DNA of 30,252 nucleotides from a virus (Duplodnaviria; Heunggongvirae; Uroviricota; Caudoviricetes): IMG/VR virus record IMGVR_UViG_2548876960_000006; one strand, 5' to 3'. Shown piece by piece: positions 26,077 to 30,252 of this stretch (position 1 is its first letter; each line of letters starts with the position of its first letter). The notes under the pieces were generated by a model. It saw only the letters and a program-made list of their open reading frames with translations, ran no database searches and was not told where the DNA came from. The position numbers and the translations under genes were made by a program.

Positions 26077-27779
26077 TGATGAAACCAGTAAAACGCCTTT
26101 ACCTTTCAACGGATGAAGTTCACCTGGTGGATGCCAGCCTGGTACTGGAGCTGAACAGCTGCGGCCGGGGCTTCATCACCGCAGAGACAACAACCGATTA
26201 CACCGGAAAACTGGTGCGGCTGGATGTAGGGTATACCGATCTGCTTTTGCGCTGGTTTACGGGGTACGTGGAGCGATCGCAGCCCGCAGAAAACGGTTTT
26301 CAGCGTCTGTTCATTCGTGAGCTGGTAGGTGTGTTTGAAAGGATGTGGCCGTGCTCATTTCAACATCCAACTTTACGCGAGGTTGCCAGCTGGCTGGAAG
26401 AAAACAGTGGTATCTCGGTCAGTGTGCCTGATGCACAGTACAGCGATACCCCCATCCCACATTTTACCCATAACGGTACCGGCTATCAGTTGCTGAACAA
26501 TCTGGGAAGGGCGTTCAGTATCCAGGATTACATCTGGTACCAGTTGCCTGATGGTTCGCTTTACGTCGGTGGCGCAGAAAAGTCACTGTTTGCCGGTCGT
26601 CCCGTAGAAATCCCGTCAGAGTTCAGCCAGGGGGCTGCTGGTGGTAACTCTGTGACATTACCAGTGATCCAGACTATGCGGCCAGGGGTGGAGATGAACG
26701 GTGAACGCGTGACTAAAGTTCACCTGACTAATGACACGATGGCGATCACATGGACGCCGAGAAACCGCGCAACGGGTAAACCTTTGCAGAAAACACCGGC
26801 GCAACGGCAGATTGAAAGCCATTACCCGGAACTGGCATCCGGGCTTCATTTGCCAAAGACGGCCAGAGTCGTGGCGCATTCAGAGCCAGTAAAAAGCGGT
26901 AACTTTGCCGATCCCTTCCGGCCACGTTACGCCGTGGACGTGCAACTGCTTGACGCAGACGGAAACCCGGACAATCAGACGCCTGTTTACTCAGCGGTGC
27001 CGCTGCCGGTACCAATGGCCGGGAATGATTCAGGTATGTTTCAGTTCCCGCCTGAAGGGACGCTGGTTGAGGTCGCATTCACAGGAGGCAGACCGGATAA
27101 ACCCTTTATCAGGCAGACGCTGCCGGATGGCACCAGTCTGCCGGACGTTAAACCCGGTGAGCAATTACAGCAGCAGCGGGAAGAAGTATCCCTGAGGGTG
27201 ACTCAGGCGGGTGACTGGGTAAGGCAGACCGATCAGACCATCAGCGAAACATCAATGGTGCGAACCGTAAAAGCCGATACAGAACAGCGCGAACTGGTCA
27301 GCCGTGAAACCACGGTGAAAGCCACGGATAAAACCACGGTACTGGGAACCGCCACATTGCTGGCCGGAGCCATCCAGCAGGTAAGCGCCGGTGATTATAG
27401 CCAGGCGGTGAAAGGTAACAGGCTGGCCAGTATTGAAGGAAACGAAGAAACGGACATAGCAGGACAGCAGTCCACTAAAGTGGGCGGTGCTGTAGCCGTG
27501 GAGGTTGGCGAAAGTCTGACAGAGAAGATTGCCGCACTGCGTAAATCAGTGGCTGCTGGCGGTCAGCAGGTCATGGGGGCAACTGTCCATATTGGCAGTG
27601 AGAGCATCAACGCCCTGACCATGATGCTGGATACCATTGATTTACTGGCAGAGCTTGCGCAGCAATGCGCGAACCATTCGCACCCCACCGTTGGAACTCC
27701 AACCAATGCCGCCGCGTTCACACTGACGGCGACGAAAGCCGGGCAGACCCGGAGCAAATACCAGAATATAATTGCCTGA
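26076..27779 (+). CDS. baseplate hub/central spike protein (gpV/gp5 OB-fold, VgrG-like fusion)
   Basis: 567 aa; central segment FQFPPEGTLVEVAFTGGRPDKPFI matches the gpV-type OB-fold pattern; last gene of the tail operon. Confidence 0.55.
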   Translation: MMKPVKRLYLSTDEVHLVDASLVLELNSCGRGFITAETTTDYTGKLVRLDVGYTDLLLRWFTGYVERSQPAENGFQRLFIRELVGVFERMWPCSFQHPTLREVASWLEENSGISVSVPDAQYSDTPIPHFTHNGTGYQLLNNLGRAFSIQDYIWYQLPDGSLYVGGAEKSLFAGRPVEIPSEFSQGAAGGNSVTLPVIQTMRPGVEMNGERVTKVHLTNDTMAITWTPRNRATGKPLQKTPAQRQIESHYPELASGLHLPKTARVVAHSEPVKSGNFADPFRPRYAVDVQLLDADGNPDNQTPVYSAVPLPVPMAGNDSGMFQFPPEGTLVEVAFTGGRPDKPFIRQTLPDGTSLPDVKPGEQLQQQREEVSLRVTQAGDWVRQTDQTISETSMVRTVKADTEQRELVSRETTVKATDKTTVLGTATLLAGAIQQVSAGDYSQAVKGNRLASIEGNEETDIAGQQSTKVGGAVAVEVGESLTEKIAALRKSVAAGGQQVMGATVHIGSESINALTMMLDTIDLLAELAQQCANHSHPTVGTPTNAAAFTLTATKAGQTRSKYQNIIA

Positions 27780-27791
27780 CCATGATAACAC

Positions 27792-27816
27792 GCCCGCATA
27801 ATGCGGGCTTTTTTAT
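27792..27816 (+). terminator. rho-independent terminator ending the late/tail operon
   Basis: GCCCGC, loop ATAAT, GCGGGC, then TTTTTTAT, starting 13 nt after the hub/spike stop. Confidence 0.75.
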
Positions 27817-28206
27817 ACCCTTCTCCAGACGCAGCAGAACGCACCCTCAGCACTTTAGGCAACAAATTAACCCAACTCAACACACATAAAAGATCGTGCG
27901 CATGGCGCTGCGTTGGCGCGACGATGCACCGACAAAATAAATCTTTCGCAGACAAAAACGGCGCTACACCGCACCCGCCTGCGGTTTCTGGATCTGGAAA
28001 ATTTTTCTGTTTTATTTTTCTACAAAACAGACCGCCAGACCGCGCCGCTGCTGGCGGCTTTGCGGAGAACTGAAACTGAAATGATTGAAAAGGATTTCAC
28101 TTTTTTTCAGTGAAAAGGATCTGTGAAGGATCGATGGGAAAATATAACTATCAGAATATAAAAGAGAAATTGAATTTTAGGTGGCGTTTGTGGATCGTTA
28201 GTTAAA

Positions 28207-28215
28207 GGGGGGGGG
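28207..28215. repeat. homopolymeric G9 tract (C9 on the minus strand)
   Basis: AAAGGGGGGGGGAT read directly, in AT-rich intergenic DNA about 10 nt from the minus-strand terminator. Confidence 0.9.
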
Positions 28216-28224
28216 ATATTCTGT

Positions 28225-28256
28225 AAAAAAGCCCGCGACATCAGATGTGGCGCGGG
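28225..28256 (-). terminator. rho-independent terminator for the 238-aa cargo gene
   Basis: On the minus strand: stem CCCGCG / CGCGGG (plus-strand 28232..28237 and 28251..28256) around a palindromic 13-nt loop, followed by TTTTTT (plus-strand A-run 28225..28230); about 40 nt after the gene stop. Confidence 0.6.
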
Positions 28257-28295
28257 ATGGATAGAAATTTATTCTTATAGAACAACTGAAAAAAA

Positions 28296-29012
28296 TTACT
28301 TTAAACTGAGTTTAAAATTTTTGAATTTACCATACAGGGTATCGCGTACAGAAAAGGAAGGAACCCAATTGAATCCTGTTCGCCATGGGCGAGGACTACC
28401 GTGAAAGCATACAACTGAAACATCATCAGGAACTTTGCCAGTAGCATAATCTGATGCCAAGTCAGGGTTGTAACCTATCATTTTACGTGTGGCTATATGG
28501 CATTTGTAACTAACAACAGATCCGGGAATTATATCTTGCCACAATACAGGTTTCATGACGCTACCCAGAAACCCCTGATCACCCCATTTATCTTCTGTTT
28601 GGCATTCATGCATATTTTTTTCGGGGTCAGTCCAGAACGCATCCCAAACATATTGTTTGATAGACGCAGGAATGAACATAATGGATGAGTTAACCCTGGA
28701 AGGGTGGTTAAACTCCCGCAGCATAGTGAACTCTTTCGCCGCATCAAAGATTTTGATATCACCAGTTATGACAACATCAACGTCAAAATAAAGCAGATCC
28801 TTATCACCTATTACCGGATGGTTTGGATTAAAAAGCTCAATCTTAGACCACCAACCTGGAAGGTTGTGCATTAACGGTGCGGTTTCAACACCAGGGATAC
28901 TTCCAGCATCAGTTAAGCAAATTGAAGGTATGCCTTTAAATTGGCTATGCAGCCATTGTGCGTGTTTGGGGGTAAATTCTTTACCGCATTTAAGGACGGA
29001 TACAATCAGCAT
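28296..29012 (-). CDS. cargo protein of unknown function with a DxD motif (possible GT-A-type nucleotide-sugar transferase)
   Basis: 238 aa, opposite strand to the tail genes, visibly AT-rich, own terminator. A hydrophobic strand followed by DVD (LLYFDVDVVITGD) is reminiscent of GT-A glycosyltransferases; no transmembrane segment seen. Confidence 0.45.
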   Translation of the reverse strand: MLIVSVLKCGKEFTPKHAQWLHSQFKGIPSICLTDAGSIPGVETAPLMHNLPGWWSKIELFNPNHPVIGDKDLLYFDVDVVITGDIKIFDAAKEFTMLREFNHPSRVNSSIMFIPASIKQYVWDAFWTDPEKNMHECQTEDKWGDQGFLGSVMKPVLWQDIIPGSVVSYKCHIATRKMIGYNPDLASDYATGKVPDDVSVVCFHGSPRPWRTGFNWVPSFSVRDTLYGKFKNFKLSLK

Positions 29013-29193
29013 ATGGGAATCCCATTCTTTAGAGCAATAGTGTGCATTTTTTGAACATCGGCAATACTAAAATAAATAGTCAGGGCATAATTTTCTTAGG
29101 TAAGAGTCATGATGCCTCATGCCATTCCTTACGTAAAGCTAGGCAGACTCAGCATAATGAGGGGACAAAAAGGGGACGCTGACCACTACAAAC

Positions 29194-29219
29194 AAAAAAG
29201 CCACTCCGTCAGAAGTGGC
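29194..29219 (-). terminator. rho-independent terminator (minus strand) downstream of the tRNA-like fragment
   Basis: Plus strand AAAAAA, GCCACT (29200..29205), 8-nt loop, AGTGGC (29214..29219); on the minus strand the hairpin is followed by TTTTTT. Confidence 0.5.
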
Positions 29220-29247
29220 TTAATTATATGATTATAAAGCTAAAATT

Positions 29248-29282
29248 TGGTGGCCCCTTGGACTTGAACCAGCGCCCGGGCG
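29248..29282 (-). other. tRNA-like 3'-end fragment (T-loop plus CCA end); possible att-site remnant
   Basis: Minus-strand reading CGCTGGTTCAAGTCCAAGGGGCCACCA contains a GGTTCAAGTCC T-loop-type motif and a terminal CCA, with a terminator about 30 nt downstream. No matching 5' half and the T-stem pairs poorly, so it is not a complete tRNA gene. Confidence 0.2.
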
Positions 29283-29375
29283 ATTATAAGTCTTATGGTG
29301 TAACCTTTTGATATTTATATATAAATTTTATTTTTATGTGAATTTTAAGGATCTCTAACCGCTTTATTTTTGGCT

Positions 29376-29406
29376 AAAAAACCCGCAGTTGTAGCAATGA
29401 TGCGGG
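29376..29406 (-). terminator. rho-independent terminator for the membrane-protein / small-ORF operon
   Basis: Minus strand: stem CCCGCA / TGCGGG (plus-strand 29382..29387 and 29401..29406), 13-nt loop, then TTTTTT (plus-strand A-run 29376..29381). Confidence 0.6.
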
Positions 29407-29468
29407 TTGAGTTAGTCTTTAAAACTGAAATTGATCAGCCATAGCGTTCATAGGTAGCTGCGTATGCA

Positions 29469-29633
29469 TTAACGTTTTTTAGGTGGTGGGGCTACTTGCT
29501 GCGTTTGCTGCGTTTGCCGTGGTGGTTGATAACCATTGTTCTGCTGATTTGGCCTACTTGATGGTTGATATCCCTCATTTATAGGTTGCCAGCCATCATA
29601 TTTAGTATTGTTTGCCGGTTTTTCTTCAGCCAT
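29469..29633 (-). CDS. small Gln/Pro/Asn-rich protein (54 aa), translationally coupled to the upstream membrane protein
   Basis: ATG 29633..29631 overlaps the upstream stop (ATGGCTGA); GAGG 6 nt upstream; MAEEKPANNTKYDGWQPINEGYQPSSRPNQQNNGYQPPRQTQQTQQVAPPPKKR. Under the ORF-track size cut-off. Confidence 0.35.
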   Translation of the reverse strand: MAEEKPANNTKYDGWQPINEGYQPSSRPNQQNNGYQPPRQTQQTQQVAPPPKKR

Positions 29634-30252
29634 TTTTTACCTCACTATTGTTGGGAGAATGTAATTTTACCTCAATAAACTCAACACTTTCTATTTCATT
29701 AGTCAATATTATTATGCCTAATGTATCAGCTAGTTCGTGATCGAAATCGCCATTCTCATCAAGCGCCCAATGTTTCTCAAGATAGATTTGTTCGGGTTCT
29801 GGACTATTGGATGCAAATGAGTCACTTCCATAAAAACCACCATATTTTTTACCGTTTTTTAGTGTTACCAATACCCAGCAGCGTTGTCTGGTTGAGAAGA
29901 AGTAGTCCCAAGAGCGCCCTATAGGGTGTGGAAGAATATTTTTGACTTTTTCCCAGTTACGAATTTTTAGCAATGCAACAGGTAATAGTACAGGTATTAC
30001 AATTAAAACTAAAAAGTAAAAAATGTAATATAAAATAGGGTGTTTCAAAAAAATGTCATTTGTTTCAATTAGATAAATTGGTATTAAAAGAAATGAAAAA
30101 TTTATGCAACTATATGAAACAACGTCAATTAAAACTTTTGATGTATCCAAATCAATTGATGGGTGAAATAGTCTGTAAACTCTCATGCTGATAAATCCGG
30201 GCATAATGAACAGTACAAATAAAAACAATTTCCCCTTCTCTAAAATGTCCAT
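29626..30252 (-). CDS. membrane protein of unknown function (at least 208 aa; may extend beyond the window)
   Basis: Three hydrophobic segments in the N-terminal half, then a roughly 110-aa soluble domain; very AT-rich. The first codon coincides with the window edge, so the true start is uncertain. Confidence 0.5.
   Translation of the reverse strand: MDILEKGKLFLFVLFIMPGFISMRVYRLFHPSIDLDTSKVLIDVVSYSCINFSFLLIPIYLIETNDIFLKHPILYYIFYFLVLIVIPVLLPVALLKIRNWEKVKNILPHPIGRSWDYFFSTRQRCWVLVTLKNGKKYGGFYGSDSFASNSPEPEQIYLEKHWALDENGDFDHELADTLGIIILTNEIESVEFIEVKLHSPNNSEVKNG

Larger units (their letters stand above)
297..27816. mobile_element. P2/186-like temperate myovirus prophage (lysogeny, replication, head, lysis and tail modules); boundaries not resolved
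   Basis: Contiguous int, cI, cox-like, dam, A, ogr, Q, P, O, N, M, L and tail/lysis genes with ATGA/TAATG overlaps; strong terminator after the last tail gene. Neither att site nor cos was recognised. Confidence 0.85.

Noticed and set aside
27801-28113. Track ORFs 27801..28073 and 27913..28113 in the intergenic region after the tail operon
   Set aside because: No ribosome-binding sites, located directly after a strong terminator, and overlapping repeat-rich non-coding-looking sequence.
29110-29232. 40-codon plus-strand ORF starting at ATG 29110
   Set aside because: Weak RBS and it runs through the predicted terminator hairpin; most likely a chance frame in AT-rich DNA.
29229-29330. Complete tRNA gene on the minus strand
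   Set aside because: Only a T-loop/CCA-like 3' segment is present; no complementary acceptor 5' strand, D-arm or anticodon arm could be built, so it is reported only as a fragment.

Overview
This window is almost entirely one temperate P2/186-like myovirus prophage (about 297..27816), followed by a visibly AT-rich accessory region (27817..30252). All calls are from reading the sequence and ORF track by eye; no searches or computations were run, and GC content was judged visually. Left to right: a leftward cI-int lysogeny operon and a divergent early operon (cox/apl-like, cII-like, unknowns, an ASCH-like ORF, Dam methylase, replication initiator A); a LexA-box-like site in front of a small ORF; an ogr-type late activator; and a canonical P2 head module (Q and P leftward, O N M L rightward). 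The tail module is rearranged relative to P2: sheath and tube, then a lysis cassette, a frameshifted E/E' chaperone, tape measure, baseplate, tail fibre and a VgrG-like hub/spike. The best candidates for something undescribed are an unannotated 48-codon ORF built from tandem His-x-His repeats between genes M and L, and the right-end cargo (a DxD-motif protein, and a membrane protein translationally coupled to a small Gln/Pro-rich ORF). Attachment sites and cos were not identified; the cargo genes have no recognisable function from sequence alone.
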